Assembly (NCBI GenBank): GCA_000002435.2
Contig: CM018793.1
Source of the DNA: Giardia intestinalis
Lineage: Eukaryota
Length of the DNA stretch: 64,000 nt
Direction: 5' to 3' (one strand)
This document shows positions 1 to 10,630 of this stretch, piece by piece. Each line of letters begins with the position of its first letter. Position 1 is the stretch's first letter. Position numbers and translations under genes: made by a program. The notes beneath the pieces were generated by a model. It saw only the letters and a program-made list of their open reading frames with translations, searched no databases and had not been told where the DNA came from.

Positions 1-106
1 AACTCAGCGAGTTGTCCACGAGATTATGAGGGAGAAGTATCCATTCATGACTGAGCTTCATGTTCAATCCAAGCTCCAAAAGCTCAGACAGATAAAAAAG
101 CAGTGA
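1..106 (+). CDS. 3' end (last ~34 codons) of a gene that begins upstream of the window
   Basis: Frame 2 is open from the window edge (..TQRVVHEIMREKYPFMTELHVQSKLQKLRQIKKQ) to TGA at 104-106. No family recognised. Confidence 0.3.
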   Translation, partial: TQRVVHEIMREKYPFMTELHVQSKLQKLRQIKKQ

Positions 107-640
107 TAGCTCTCGAAGAGGACCCTCGCGACTCATCCTACCTCACTTTGCTCCGTTTGAAGCGTTAGATATTTCAGATCGCTAATTTGAGGGATGCCCC
201 TGCTAGTGTCGGTATTCTGTTACTAGCGTAAACGATTTGCTTTTTTCTGTGCGCTGGCCTGTTGACTTGGGTAATGGAGCTTGTTGAAGGTATCATTTCT
301 AATTACTGACTACAGAATTAGAGGCATTTTGTACAGAGTTAATGTTGATCTATAAGTTTGCATGGGAGTGTTCCAGGGCGATTGACCCAAGAATTTGTTG
401 GCTGTGACTATTGCTGCAGCCAGTTCACTTGCTGTGCCTTCGCTCCCCTCCTTGAGGCAGGCAAAAAGACGAGCTTCTGTTCCCCTTGGCCTGAAAAATA
501 AGTGTGCGTTTGTTTCGATCATGGCTGTAGCCTGTAGCACCAGTGCTTTACCCAGTTACTGTTCAAAAGCACTCATTTGATCATCGAATTTACACCTCAA
601 AAACTTTTAAAAAGGCCGTGCAACCTTCATATTAGGCCAG

Positions 641-1975
641 ATGATAACAAGTGAGGAGTCGCCTCCCAAGGCAGCTGTTCACGAAGTAGATGGAATCTGC
701 TCACCAGGGTTGCACGTCTTGGGCTCTAAGGAAGCCGTGACTCAACCGAATGGCGCACTGCTTTCCCCCAAAGTACCCCCACTACTTCACGAGCCATCCC
801 ATCAACCTTTGAGCACCACGCTTGCAGACTCATCGCCTCTAAAAATAAACAAACTGAGTGCTGCACCGACGGTAACCGGGACAGAACCAACACGTCTAGA
901 CTCTAAAAATCTTCACACGCAAAGTAATTTAACCACATGCATGCTTCAGTTGCTGAAGGACGACAGCAGTTCACCAGATAATCACGGACTCAAGTACATG
1001 CTCTGCCAGGGAAGCGAGCCAAACACACACATGGCGAACAGTGAGATATTGATATCTGATACTCTCCCCTCCTGTATTTCACCATCTATGCTTGGTCTGG
1101 GGATTACTGCAGGTCTGAGTCTCCCCCTGCTCGCTGATAGGGATAGTCTACCGACCTCTTCCTTGAGCATGCATCACTGTCAATCTCAGCCGCAGAACAT
1201 AAACTCTACTAATCTATACCCTCAACTCCCAGGATCTCACACTCTAACTCTTTTCTACGATTTATCTAACATAGCTTCTAATTCTAACGATTTATTATAT
1301 TCAAATGGAAAGCGAGCAGGAGCAGATCACTGTTCTCCATTCGTCGCTTTCACGGACATTATGCACAACACGAGTCAGGTATCATTGCTTCCGCAAACTT
1401 CCCAAGTTGCTGACTGGCAAAGTCTGAAAGATCAGGGCGTCTTCAATTCAGCTATTGCACCTCTCCCGCCCATCACCCCATCTCCTCCAAACACTGCCCT
1501 TCCAGAGTATTCTGAGAGATTTACCGCCGGCTCGATTAGTTCAGCTGCTGGGATAAAAAAGTGGAATACTGATGATGAGCTAACCTTCTTCCGCCTTATA
1601 TTGTGCTACAATGGCACAAAGTATACTAAATTTGCTAAGAATTTCCCGAACAAGCCGATAAAAAGCTTAAATAATAAATGGCAGATTGAGAAGAAGAGGG
1701 CGCAGAAAAATATGTATTTGGATTGGAAGACTGTGATAGTCTCTATGCTATGCAGGTACCTCAACCTTCTAGAGCAATCTCGAGGGAAAAACATTCTGAG
1801 GATTCGAAGCGCACTCACTACGGTTCTGAGCAGTATCGATACCACGGCCTTTTGTTCTTTTGATAAGAGCAATCACGCGCAGTACTCACGAATTCTCTTT
1901 AAAAGCATCTGCGAGATGCTTGGAGACGAGCAACTTAAGTTTCTCGATATTGACCTTGCAACCCCTTCTGTCTAA
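641..1975 (+). CDS. hypothetical protein with C-terminal Myb/SANT-like repeat
   Basis: 444-aa ATG ORF. The C-terminal segment WNTDDELTFFRLILCYNGTKYTKFAKNFPNKPIKSLNNKWQ has the W-x19-21-W spacing and the G..Y/W..IA-like core of Myb/SANT repeats. The rest is Ser/Pro-rich low complexity. Confidence 0.5.
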   Translation: MITSEESPPKAAVHEVDGICSPGLHVLGSKEAVTQPNGALLSPKVPPLLHEPSHQPLSTTLADSSPLKINKLSAAPTVTGTEPTRLDSKNLHTQSNLTTCMLQLLKDDSSSPDNHGLKYMLCQGSEPNTHMANSEILISDTLPSCISPSMLGLGITAGLSLPLLADRDSLPTSSLSMHHCQSQPQNINSTNLYPQLPGSHTLTLFYDLSNIASNSNDLLYSNGKRAGADHCSPFVAFTDIMHNTSQVSLLPQTSQVADWQSLKDQGVFNSAIAPLPPITPSPPNTALPEYSERFTAGSISSAAGIKKWNTDDELTFFRLILCYNGTKYTKFAKNFPNKPIKSLNNKWQIEKKRAQKNMYLDWKTVIVSMLCRYLNLLEQSRGKNILRIRSALTTVLSSIDTTAFCSFDKSNHAQYSRILFKSICEMLGDEQLKFLDIDLATPSV

Positions 1976-2034
1976 CTGTTGTGCTTATGAAATCACGTAA
2001 ATCACTTCTCTTTGGTTCGCCTTCCATTTGTAGG

Positions 2035-2994
2035 CTATTCTCTGGAGTGTTTGATCCACTGTGAAAGGTGGTACTTAGCATAGAGGAATGCCTTCTTAAA
2101 TGTCAAGTTTAGTGAAAACGAACTTTCGGCGCAGGCAGCGAAACGATCGTATGTAAACGATCTTGCGTCTTGATTGAGGCTATCAGTTGAGACACCTTGA
2201 TCTGCGGAGCTGCTCACAGCTTGCTCTATGTTGGCCTGGCTAGCTCTAGACCCCGCTCTGCTATGCGGGAACAGCTCTAATTTATTCCTCAATACTGCCT
2301 GCTTACTCGTGCTTCTCCCCTTGACACTACTAGTTTGTGACAGGGTGCATTCAAGATTAACAGTGTCACTATGGACATCATCATTTTCTATGTAGTTAGG
2401 CACATGCTCATCTGGACAGTCATAGCTGGATTTGGGTGCAGATACAGAGGTGTAAGGCTTGTTAGCTGCATTGGTCTTGCGTGGAAGACAGTAATCATTC
2501 TCCATCTCTTTTTCATATCTTTCCTTAGCTAAATAGATAAGGGCGCGGGTCTCTCCTCTTTGCAACGGTCGAGCGTTTGCAGATATTTCAACAAAAAGCC
2601 TCTTCACAGACTCTGTCATGCGCGTGGCACGATAGCTCACCGTGCTTATCTCTTCTTGAATGTCTTCACACCACAGCGACTCGCCTCCATAGTACTCCTC
2701 TTTGCCATTCAATACCGCTGCGTTAGCCTTCGGTCGAGATTGGGAGGCCTTTTGCTGTCGCTTGTGGCCTACCGTATTACAAACCTTGTGGCTGCTACCA
2801 CTACGCTGCTGACTCCGTTGTGTACATGTGCCTGCTGAGGATCCTCGCCTCTGAGATTGTAGAGTTTGAGGTGTGACTGATATTACAAGATTGGAGTCAG
2901 GAGCCATCCTCATCCGCCACAGCTCTCTAGCGCGGTCTGCTGTGCTGAGGACGGAGGGAGCGGCCTGTGTGGCCGAGGCCCGGCTTCGTTCCAT
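2035..2994 (-). CDS. hypothetical protein (319 aa, Ser/Gln-rich)
   Basis: Long ATG-initiated ORF convergent with the previous gene. No recognisable domain. Confidence 0.45.
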   Translation of the reverse strand: MERSRASATQAAPSVLSTADRARELWRMRMAPDSNLVISVTPQTLQSQRRGSSAGTCTQRSQQRSGSSHKVCNTVGHKRQQKASQSRPKANAAVLNGKEEYYGGESLWCEDIQEEISTVSYRATRMTESVKRLFVEISANARPLQRGETRALIYLAKERYEKEMENDYCLPRKTNAANKPYTSVSAPKSSYDCPDEHVPNYIENDDVHSDTVNLECTLSQTSSVKGRSTSKQAVLRNKLELFPHSRAGSRASQANIEQAVSSSADQGVSTDSLNQDARSFTYDRFAACAESSFSLNLTFKKAFLYAKYHLSQWIKHSRE

Positions 2995-3006
2995 CGCTAC
3001 AGATCA

Positions 3007-3354
3007 ATGCCGCGTAAAAATTTAATGTTGAAAGTATCACTGTATCCCAGATTTATTGCTCAGTATGGAGAAGACCGCCTGTCTACGCTCTTGGCTGAAG
3101 CTAAAGAAGAGCTCGATAAGCTGGATTTAAAGTGCGGGCTGCCCAGGGACTATAAACATACCCCCATTATTAACAGATTTAGCAAAGACGAAATAGTAGC
3201 AGAGTCGATGCTTAAATCTTATCTCTGCACCGTTTCGAGCCTTCCAGAAGATGCTATTGAAAGGCTCAAGCATCAGCTTCTCCCTGGTAACAGCGATGAC
3301 AACGATGTCAAAGACACTGAGCCTTTCAAGGAGCCTTATCTCAAGCAGAAGTAA
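3007..3354 (+). CDS. small hypothetical protein (115 aa)
   Basis: ATG ORF filling the gap between two minus-strand genes. It starts only 12 bp from the divergent start at 2994, so the true start may be a downstream Met. No homology recognised. Confidence 0.3.
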   Translation: MPRKNLMLKVSLYPRFIAQYGEDRLSTLLAEAKEELDKLDLKCGLPRDYKHTPIINRFSKDEIVAESMLKSYLCTVSSLPEDAIERLKHQLLPGNSDDNDVKDTEPFKEPYLKQK

Positions 3355-3370
3355 ATTTATTGGAAGGGAA

Positions 3371-4696
3371 TTAGGAAGGCATAAGGTAATCTGCCGATGG
3401 CCACCAGAACTGGAGGCTATTGTCCTCGGCAGCGCTTCCAATTAAGTTGGGTATGAGTGGATGCCAAGCTACAGCAGTGATGAAGGTGGTGTGACCACCA
3501 TGAATGAAAAGGACTTCTGGGGGTAAGTCAGGATATTGATCGTCTAGCACATTGCGGCGTGTCTGCTGCGCAAGGTCCCAGAGGACAACGCGACTATCTT
3601 CAGAGCCAGAAAGGATATAGCTAGGATAGAAGGGGGACCAGTCCAGCTGGTACACGGCGCCTGTATGATAACTCATTGATTTAAGAGGCCCACTCTCTAG
3701 GGAGCATAGATTAAAAAGGTGAAGCGTCCCACTACTATCTGCAATGATTGCACTGAACTCGTCGTGTGGAGACAGGGCAATTGCCGTCGGAATTAGAGGT
3801 GGTTCTGTATCTTTCCGCTTGAGTAAGATGTTAAATTGGTAAGATTTTAAGACTTTGCTGACCCTAGTATCTATCAGAACTATTTCGCCACCATCTGTAA
3901 CAACTATAATTAAGACTGGACAGTGATTGTGGATAGCAAGACCATTAATATCTGATTGCAGTTTGATCTTTCCAAGAAGCTTACATGCACTACAATCCCA
4001 CCAACACACGTTTCCATTACGGTCAGCTCCTGCCAGGAAGAATGGGCAGGTAGTGCTAAACTTTAAAGAGAATCCTTCTGTCTCTAAACCCTCCAGCATG
4101 GCTACCGGTGTACTATCCTCTGGCTCATTACTGCACCGCTTCAGATTAACAAGATCATAGAGATAGACAGAGTCGTTTGAAAGAGCTGCTATGAGGTTCT
4201 TGTCGTGGGGACAGCATGCAATAGCGTTGGCTTCGGATGGAAAGGTTATCCAGTGGAGATCGTGAAAAGACCCCAGCTTGTCTACGGGAGACGATCCGTA
4301 CCCACCAACGATGACCCCGGTGTCCCGCTTGATTATGGAGTCACTATCTATGGTTTGATTGGCACATGGCAGTGCAAGCTCCTTGACATACAGGTAGTTT
4401 TGCTCTCGGTCGCTTCCAGTGGTGGGAGTGTTAGTTCCGATAATGAAGCCAATGCTTGCGTAAGAGTTACTGGAAGGATTGTTGGTCGCGCCTGTATTCT
4501 TCTTCTTTTCAGTAGTACTAAGAGAACGTGTGATAAACGTTTCAGACACATATGGCTGAAACCCCAAGGTAAGGGTGGGGAAAACAAGGATATGAGATAT
4601 GCAGAGATCATAAAGGATTATGCAATTACGCTTCCAGATCCTGTAAGTATCATAGCTAACCTCTTCCTGTTGCACTCCTTGGCTCACGGCATCCAT
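3371..4696 (-). CDS. WD40 histone-binding protein of the RbAp46/48 (RBBP4/7, Msi1, CAF-1 p48) family
   Basis: N-terminus YRIWKRNCIILYDLCISHILVFPTLTLGFQP matches the RbAp48 N-terminal helix ([26 protein letters not shown]). The C-terminus HGGHTTFITAVAWHPLIPNLIGSAAEDNSLQFW matches HGGHTAKISDFSWNP..EDNIMQVW. WD repeats lie in between. Confidence 0.85.
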   Translation of the reverse strand: MDAVSQGVQQEEVSYDTYRIWKRNCIILYDLCISHILVFPTLTLGFQPYVSETFITRSLSTTEKKKNTGATNNPSSNSYASIGFIIGTNTPTTGSDREQNYLYVKELALPCANQTIDSDSIIKRDTGVIVGGYGSSPVDKLGSFHDLHWITFPSEANAIACCPHDKNLIAALSNDSVYLYDLVNLKRCSNEPEDSTPVAMLEGLETEGFSLKFSTTCPFFLAGADRNGNVCWWDCSACKLLGKIKLQSDINGLAIHNHCPVLIIVVTDGGEIVLIDTRVSKVLKSYQFNILLKRKDTEPPLIPTAIALSPHDEFSAIIADSSGTLHLFNLCSLESGPLKSMSYHTGAVYQLDWSPFYPSYILSGSEDSRVVLWDLAQQTRRNVLDDQYPDLPPEVLFIHGGHTTFITAVAWHPLIPNLIGSAAEDNSLQFWWPSADYLMPS

Positions 4697-4747
4697 CGTG
4701 CGGATCTAAAAATCCTGTGTGCCAATTTTTTAAACTCCAGAAAAGCA

Positions 4748-5341
4748 ATGGGAATAAGCGCGTCTTGCAACCTTGACGATGGTGTGCTCAAACAAAGCCT
4801 CCCAAGAACACCTGTAATTGCTGATCCTGACGATCCCAATGCGTCGTTAAGCATACCAAACTTTGCTGAAGACGAAAGTACCGGGGAGCCAAATGAGAAC
4901 CGGTCTTCAGTATGGGCCACGGTACATTCAAAACTTCCCAAGTCGGGAACTCGGTTTTCGGATCTAAAGCCTGTAAACTCAGGTCTTGCTAAAATGGCCA
5001 GCTCTTTGAGTGCAGAAGAACGACAAGACCTAGAGGACCTTCAGAGGGGTGTAATGATGGAGGATATGGACTATTCTATCCCAAATAGCAATGCAGCAAA
5101 AGCGAATACTAGTCAGCCGGTAGACTCAATTCCAGAGCCAACCCCAGGATTGGTTTCGCCCCCCTCTTTAGTCGGAAGCTCTCCTACAAGGACTAAAGCC
5201 AGTAACATCACAGCTCTTGACTCACATCAGATAGCTGTCTGTTTGTCCAAGAATTTGTCTAGTGCTAGCCGTAAGTCAAGCCTCAGCTCTGATGATCTAA
5301 ATGACTTCAATGCAGCTCGTTTTCGCGAAGCAAACCTTTGA
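4748..5341 (+). CDS. possible small Ser-rich hypothetical protein
   Basis: ATG at 4748 inside a longer ORF whose 5' part overlaps the WD40 gene antisense. It occupies an otherwise 670-bp gap and is low complexity. It may be non-coding. Confidence 0.22.
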   Translation: MGISASCNLDDGVLKQSLPRTPVIADPDDPNASLSIPNFAEDESTGEPNENRSSVWATVHSKLPKSGTRFSDLKPVNSGLAKMASSLSAEERQDLEDLQRGVMMEDMDYSIPNSNAAKANTSQPVDSIPEPTPGLVSPPSLVGSSPTRTKASNITALDSHQIAVCLSKNLSSASRKSSLSSDDLNDFNAARFREANL

Positions 5342-5368
5342 GAACGCGGCCATTATATGCTATCATAT

Positions 5369-7843
5369 TTAACTGAAGCGTCTATATCTTAACAGAAAAT
5401 AGCTGATTACAAAACAAACCAATGTCCACCCCGTTAGGAAGCCATATGCTAGGAATAATGCACCAACGAGAGAATAGTCTCCTAATCCATAATAAGCTAT
5501 CGCATCTTTATCTGTCTGAACAGGACACGAAGCTTCTGGAACCCCGTCGTCACATGTAAAAGACAGCCCAATAATTTCATTATAAAAGAACCCCTTGAAC
5601 GCATATGCAAAGTACGAAACCCAAGGTGCCCAGATATAGTATACAGGAATGGTCTTTGTGTTTATGTAGGGTCCTGCAAAGACGATAATGACTGAGATAA
5701 CCACCATAAGGATGATCTGCGCGACTCTATAACTGCCAAACATGGTTATGAATATATGGGAAAAGCTAACGCTGGCGATAAGTGTCATGAAGCAGAGCCC
5801 CATGAAGTAGAACCATCTCCCGATGTTTGTTGTGTTGAAGCCGATCATGAAGTATGTTATGGCCCCATATACGAGTACTAGAATAATGTATATGGGTATG
5901 TCTGTGAGGATCATTGCCACATAAAATGGCAGTGTGGCATATGTACCGCTTGCATGCTCTCTGTGATACGTTTGACGACACTGAAAGACCCTTAGTGCAG
6001 ACTCACTGGCTGGTGCGAAGGCCATACATGTCTGTACAAAGAACAGAGCGCCAACGCGGTTATTCAGCTCACTCATTGTGGTACCGAGTCGCCAGAATAG
6101 GCTTCCTGCAAATAGTGCGAAGAAGACATACTGAAAGACAAATGCGAGGAGCCTCGATGGCTCTCGTATGCAAAATCGAAGAAAGCGCAGATATATTGTG
6201 ATGAATTGAAAGTAGTATGGTTGAGCATATTTGGTTCTATAGTCTAAGATCTCAAACAGGCTGTCAGAAAAGAGTGTAAGTGGGCTGGTCACGCCTCCCT
6301 CTCGTCTCTTCATATATGCCTCCAGGCGTGTCTGCTTCAACACTTTAGTGAAGTATTGCTGAACTTCAACGCTGCCTTCGATAGGTCCCACTTTTAAGTT
6401 GGGAAAAGAGCGAACCCTAGCAGGATTTTGCATATGGCCTTCCTTCTTTATAGAACTAGCGTCATCGGTGAACATCTCCTGCTTCCAGATGCTCTCAGTC
6501 ATCTCTAGGCTTTCAGTGCGGGTACTGGCAATGGTTGTTCCTGTGATCATAACTTCGCTTCCGCTGATTGACAAGGTTCTGGTGCCAAAATCGTGTCTTA
6601 TTGAAGAGCCGGGGGACTGCCTACTGGATGGTGTCCTGCATCCACTGCCTATCTTTAAGGAGTCTTCGGAGATGAGAATGCCTTCTGTAACATCAGCGCG
6701 CATGTTATGCACACTCACAGTGTTCAATGCTGGTACACCGGTCAACGCAGTACCAGCCCTTTCTTTTGCACTATTGTTAGCCTGCTCAATGATGAAGTTG
6801 GTTATGTTTTGATCTACATCGAACGTTTGCGAAATGGCACGGATTAGGTCTAACCTGTCCTCGTAGCAATGTGGAAACTTATTCTCATCTTTGCTAACAA
6901 CCTCAATAAGATAGTCTGCTGGATTGTAACTGGGTGGAACCTGATAACCTATGGAATGCATCGCTGTCCAGAAGTGCTCTGGTCGTCCGTAAAATATTGT
7001 ACGCCCTGCTGCTAGTACAAGGATTTTATCGAACAGATTCCACATGAAGGAGCTTGGTTGATGGAGGGTGGCCATCACCGTAATGTTGTCCCCCCTCTTG
7101 CTGGGGTCCTTGTCTGTATTACTCTCTAGAAACCGTGATACATCCTTGCTATATCTACTGTCAGCAATTTTTCGCAAAGTTGAGACAACGGTTGTGGCAG
7201 TGGATGTGTCAAGGCCACTTGTGCACTCATCAAGCAGTAGAAGGCGTGGGGAGCTGATTATTTCATTTGCTATGCTCACTCGTCTGCGCTCGCCTCCAGA
7301 CAGACCAGTTTTAACATTTGATGCATCAAACCCTTGACCTGCAGCGGCGCCCATAAGCTGATCTGCAACATGAGAGAGGTTCAGGCTGTTAATGATGGAG
7401 TCTATAATGCTCTTTTTCATTTGACTGTCCCCTTTAAGCTTAAGGTTAGCTGTAAACTGAAGCGTCTCTCGTGCAGTGTCTGTGGCGTAAAGCGTGTCTT
7501 CCTGCTGAACATAGCCAAGATATGGTTTTATCCATGGGCCAAGCTGCTTGCCCTTAAGCTTCACTTCTCCACAATACGTCTCAGTGATAACTCTGTTTGC
7601 AAGTATGTTAATTAGACTAGTTTTTCCAGAGCCCGAGGGACCTATGATGGCGACAAACTCTCCAGGATAGATCTTAAAGTTAATATCGCGCAGAATCCGC
7701 TTATAGCCAGGCATCTGATCCCAGTCCCTTGGCTTGCGCAGGAGCCGATGATGCAAGTATGCATGGAATTTAGCCTTTATAGTTATTGGGACGTCGTAGT
7801 AAAGATGCGAGACAGATAGTGTAGGTTGCATTTTGTTTTTCAT
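5369..7843 (-). CDS. ABC transporter, ABCG (White) half-transporter type (NBD-TMD)
   Basis: Walker A GPSGSGKTSL, ABC signature LSGGERRRVSIA, Walker B LLLLDECTSGLD, and a C-terminal 6-helix membrane domain. The ORF-track start at 7966 is an upstream extension. The start is placed at the ATG of MKNKMQPTL (7843). Confidence 0.85.
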   Translation of the reverse strand: MKNKMQPTLSVSHLYYDVPITIKAKFHAYLHHRLLRKPRDWDQMPGYKRILRDINFKIYPGEFVAIIGPSGSGKTSLINILANRVITETYCGEVKLKGKQLGPWIKPYLGYVQQEDTLYATDTARETLQFTANLKLKGDSQMKKSIIDSIINSLNLSHVADQLMGAAAGQGFDASNVKTGLSGGERRRVSIANEIISSPRLLLLDECTSGLDTSTATTVVSTLRKIADSRYSKDVSRFLESNTDKDPSKRGDNITVMATLHQPSSFMWNLFDKILVLAAGRTIFYGRPEHFWTAMHSIGYQVPPSYNPADYLIEVVSKDENKFPHCYEDRLDLIRAISQTFDVDQNITNFIIEQANNSAKERAGTALTGVPALNTVSVHNMRADVTEGILISEDSLKIGSGCRTPSSRQSPGSSIRHDFGTRTLSISGSEVMITGTTIASTRTESLEMTESIWKQEMFTDDASSIKKEGHMQNPARVRSFPNLKVGPIEGSVEVQQYFTKVLKQTRLEAYMKRREGGVTSPLTLFSDSLFEILDYRTKYAQPYYFQFITIYLRFLRFCIREPSRLLAFVFQYVFFALFAGSLFWRLGTTMSELNNRVGALFFVQTCMAFAPASESALRVFQCRQTYHREHASGTYATLPFYVAMILTDIPIYIILVLVYGAITYFMIGFNTTNIGRWFYFMGLCFMTLIASVSFSHIFITMFGSYRVAQIILMVVISVIIVFAGPYINTKTIPVYYIWAPWVSYFAYAFKGFFYNEIIGLSFTCDDGVPEASCPVQTDKDAIAYYGLGDYSLVGALFLAYGFLTGWTLVCFVISYFLLRYRRFS

Positions 7844-7904
7844 AGGGTGAACTTGGCGAAGGTTAGGTTGTACTTTTGGGTCGCATTCGCACAGCTCGTA
7901 AAAA

Positions 7905-8618
7905 ATGCAATGGAGAGGTCGTGCAGATGCCCCAAATACTACGCAGTGGCAAGATATATTTGACAAGAAGGCCTACGGAAAGACTGCACTGGAGGTCTAC
8001 GAAGAAGTCAACACTTTACAATTACAGGCGGAGGAATATGCGCGACACCAAGCAATACGAAAGGAAGCTGTAGAGCACTTTGTAGCGAATCCGTCATCGT
8101 CTGACAGCCTAGACTTGTCGGAGGAGGATAGAGCCTTCATGGAGGATTACAAGGCAAGGTTGGTAAGCAAACTAACGGCAGCTCAAAATGAATGCCTGGA
8201 GCAATTCACTGGGTTCAGGGAAATCACTGCAGAGGAATACACGTCGTGGATTGCTGATGGAGCCAGTATCGTGCTGCTCCACAATGACTCTACTCGCGCC
8301 AGTGTGCGGACTCTCGAGATGCTGCGAAGACTTTCAGAGCGGTACATATGCCTGCGCACGGCATGGATCAAGGCGACCGATGCTTGTAAGGGGTACCCGA
8401 AAGAGCTGTGTCCGACAATAGTCGTCTACTTAGATGGAAAACCTGTGCATAATTTCGTTGGTCAGGAGGCATGTGGCGGGTCAAACACTACAATGGAGTA
8501 TCTGGAAACCTTAATAGGCGCCTACCTTCCTCTTCGCAACTATACGTCCAGGCCAGCGTGTGATGTAGAAGACGAGACAAAAGAGGTGGTAGTTGCAAAA
8601 TTAAGAATAGGCAAATAG
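7905..8618 (+). CDS. phosducin-like / thioredoxin-fold protein (PhLP, TXNDC9-like)
   Basis: EITAEEY..GASIVLLHNDSTRASV..L..LSERYICLRTAWIKATD....CPTIVVYLDGKPVHNFVGQEACGG follows the phosducin-like thioredoxin-fold pattern. An A-rich initiator (aaaaaATG) lies upstream. Confidence 0.55.
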   Translation: MQWRGRADAPNTTQWQDIFDKKAYGKTALEVYEEVNTLQLQAEEYARHQAIRKEAVEHFVANPSSSDSLDLSEEDRAFMEDYKARLVSKLTAAQNECLEQFTGFREITAEEYTSWIADGASIVLLHNDSTRASVRTLEMLRRLSERYICLRTAWIKATDACKGYPKELCPTIVVYLDGKPVHNFVGQEACGGSNTTMEYLETLIGAYLPLRNYTSRPACDVEDETKEVVVAKLRIGK

Positions 8619-8707
8619 GAAATACTCGATAACCAGGTTCAGGGTTACATTCCCAGAGTTACGTTCAGCCGGCGCTCCACCCATTTTATATATCCATAAA
8701 ATCGCAG

Positions 8708-10603
8708 ATGACAAGGAGTAACAAGGAGCCCATTACCGTCATGTATGCCTCCGCAACAGGCACAATACAGCGACTAGCCGACCAATTGGTTGGAGACTTG
8801 TGTGCCCGCGAAGCTAGCGTCTCCAGTATCAATATGAAGGCGTTTGCAAAGCCGTATAATATACCTCGTGGGACGATCATTTATATGACGTGCACCTTTT
8901 TTGCTGGGGAGCACCCTCCGGCCTCCAAGGAGTTCATTGCGTGGTTACAGACCGTGAATCCGAGCTTGAGACCGTTCCGAGACATCAGATTTGCAGTATT
9001 TGGCATGGGATCGAAGAATTACACTACCTTCTGTGCAGCGTCGAAGAATGCTGATAAAAGCATCGAGATATTTGGAGGCACTCGGATACTTGATGCACTA
9101 CACCTTGACCGGGACGAGTTCAAAAGTGATGACAGCGCGTACATTCACTGGAAGAAGGATCTTTTCAAAGTGCTAGGCCTTTCTGAACAACCGGTCATTT
9201 CCACCAACAAGATCATAGTCACAAAGAACACCTCTCTTCCAGACAAGTGGGTTTGCGACGTGTCTCCTCTTGGCTATAAAAGAGGTATAATGTCCAAGGT
9301 AAAGGTGCTCAGCGACGGAAAAGTCGACGGCGTTGTTCACCTCTATGAGATCACGTGTCCGTGCATGAAGTACGAGGCCGGCGGACACTGTGCCATTCTC
9401 CCACGAAATCGAGCAGAGGACATCAAGGCCCTGCTTGCCAAGGGACATATATCACTAGATCATGGGTGTAAGGTGGTAGCAGAGGCATCAGATATTGTGG
9501 TTGTCGAACACGCAAGCTGGGTCCGCTCTGCAGTCAACGCTGTTCTACCGCTAGGTAGACCGATCTATGTATTAGATCTCCTCTCTCAATACTTAGACTT
9601 TTCAACGGTAATAGATTTCACCAGCTTCAAAGAGCTGGTTCCTTACGTTACCGACGGAGCTCAATACAGACAGGCTCTCCATATGTTGGAAGATCCTACT
9701 CTCTTTAAAACCGTGTTCCTAGATACAAGGCTGAACATGATAGATATATTTACCAAGTTCTCCTCCCTCAAGGTCCCCATTCATACACTCATCGAACACA
9801 TGCCAGCTATGACCCATCGCATGTACTCTATAGCATCTGCTCCAAGCTATGTCGGAGAAACTAGATTGCAATTTATTGTCTCGGATGTCGACTTCGAATG
9901 CGAAACTCTCAGCAAGACTATCGAGAAGAGACCTGGTCTCTCTACTGGATATCTTTCCCGTTTGCAAGAGGGAAGCGCCGTCTTCTTCCAGACATTCAGT
10001 TCACCTGTGAGGTGTGGGGATGAGTTCAGAGGCGTTCCATCTATTACAGTTGGTCTGGGGACTGGGCTAGCTCCGTGCCGATCTCGATTACAGCATCGCT
10101 TAGCTTTGCGGCTAGAGCAGCTCAAGCGGGCCGCTCCTGGCGAGTTTATTCAGCCACTTGACCCATACATGACATTCATAGGACTGCGTCGTGAATCAGA
10201 TCTTAAGGAGCTCATCGACGAGTTGAGGGATTTTGTTCGTAAAGGGATTGCAACCATCTTCGTAGCCTTTTCTCGCGAAGAAAAAAGCCGAGAGTGGTTT
10301 GAGATCATACCCAATGATGCTGATGGGCACGCTCTTGCAGATGTGGATAAGACAGCATTTTGTGCGGAGTATAAGTGCTATGTAACGCGTCTAATGGGTG
10401 AATATGCAAATAATATACGGAACTTTGTAACAAGCAAAGACACGTGCGTTATAACGTATTGTGGTAAGGCTGGGAATGTACCACAGGAAATTGAAGGGGT
10501 TATCCTACGATCTCTTGTTAGTAGCGGAATGACAGAAAAGGATGCTAAGGCTCGCTGGGAGAAATTGCGTGCAGACCAGAACCTTATCTTTGAGGCTTGG
10601 TAG
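8708..10603 (+). CDS. diflavin oxidoreductase (NADPH-cytochrome P450 reductase / Tah18-NDOR1-like; flavodoxin + FAD/NADPH domains)
   Basis: N-terminal flavodoxin-like domain (ITVMYASATGT.., FAVFGMGSKNY). FAD motif RMYSIASAP (RxYSIAS). NADPH motif GLGTGLAPCRS. Confidence 0.8.
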   Translation: MTRSNKEPITVMYASATGTIQRLADQLVGDLCAREASVSSINMKAFAKPYNIPRGTIIYMTCTFFAGEHPPASKEFIAWLQTVNPSLRPFRDIRFAVFGMGSKNYTTFCAASKNADKSIEIFGGTRILDALHLDRDEFKSDDSAYIHWKKDLFKVLGLSEQPVISTNKIIVTKNTSLPDKWVCDVSPLGYKRGIMSKVKVLSDGKVDGVVHLYEITCPCMKYEAGGHCAILPRNRAEDIKALLAKGHISLDHGCKVVAEASDIVVVEHASWVRSAVNAVLPLGRPIYVLDLLSQYLDFSTVIDFTSFKELVPYVTDGAQYRQALHMLEDPTLFKTVFLDTRLNMIDIFTKFSSLKVPIHTLIEHMPAMTHRMYSIASAPSYVGETRLQFIVSDVDFECETLSKTIEKRPGLSTGYLSRLQEGSAVFFQTFSSPVRCGDEFRGVPSITVGLGTGLAPCRSRLQHRLALRLEQLKRAAPGEFIQPLDPYMTFIGLRRESDLKELIDELRDFVRKGIATIFVAFSREEKSREWFEIIPNDADGHALADVDKTAFCAEYKCYVTRLMGEYANNIRNFVTSKDTCVITYCGKAGNVPQEIEGVILRSLVSSGMTEKDAKARWEKLRADQNLIFEAW

Positions 10604-10630
10604 CCATCAAATCTAGCGAAGTGAACACTT

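Noticed and set aside
4205-5341. 378-codon plus-strand ORF overlapping the RbAp48-like gene
   Set aside because: Its first 490 bp are antisense to a confidently identified WD40 gene. Only the downstream part from the ATG at 4748 is kept, as a low-confidence call.
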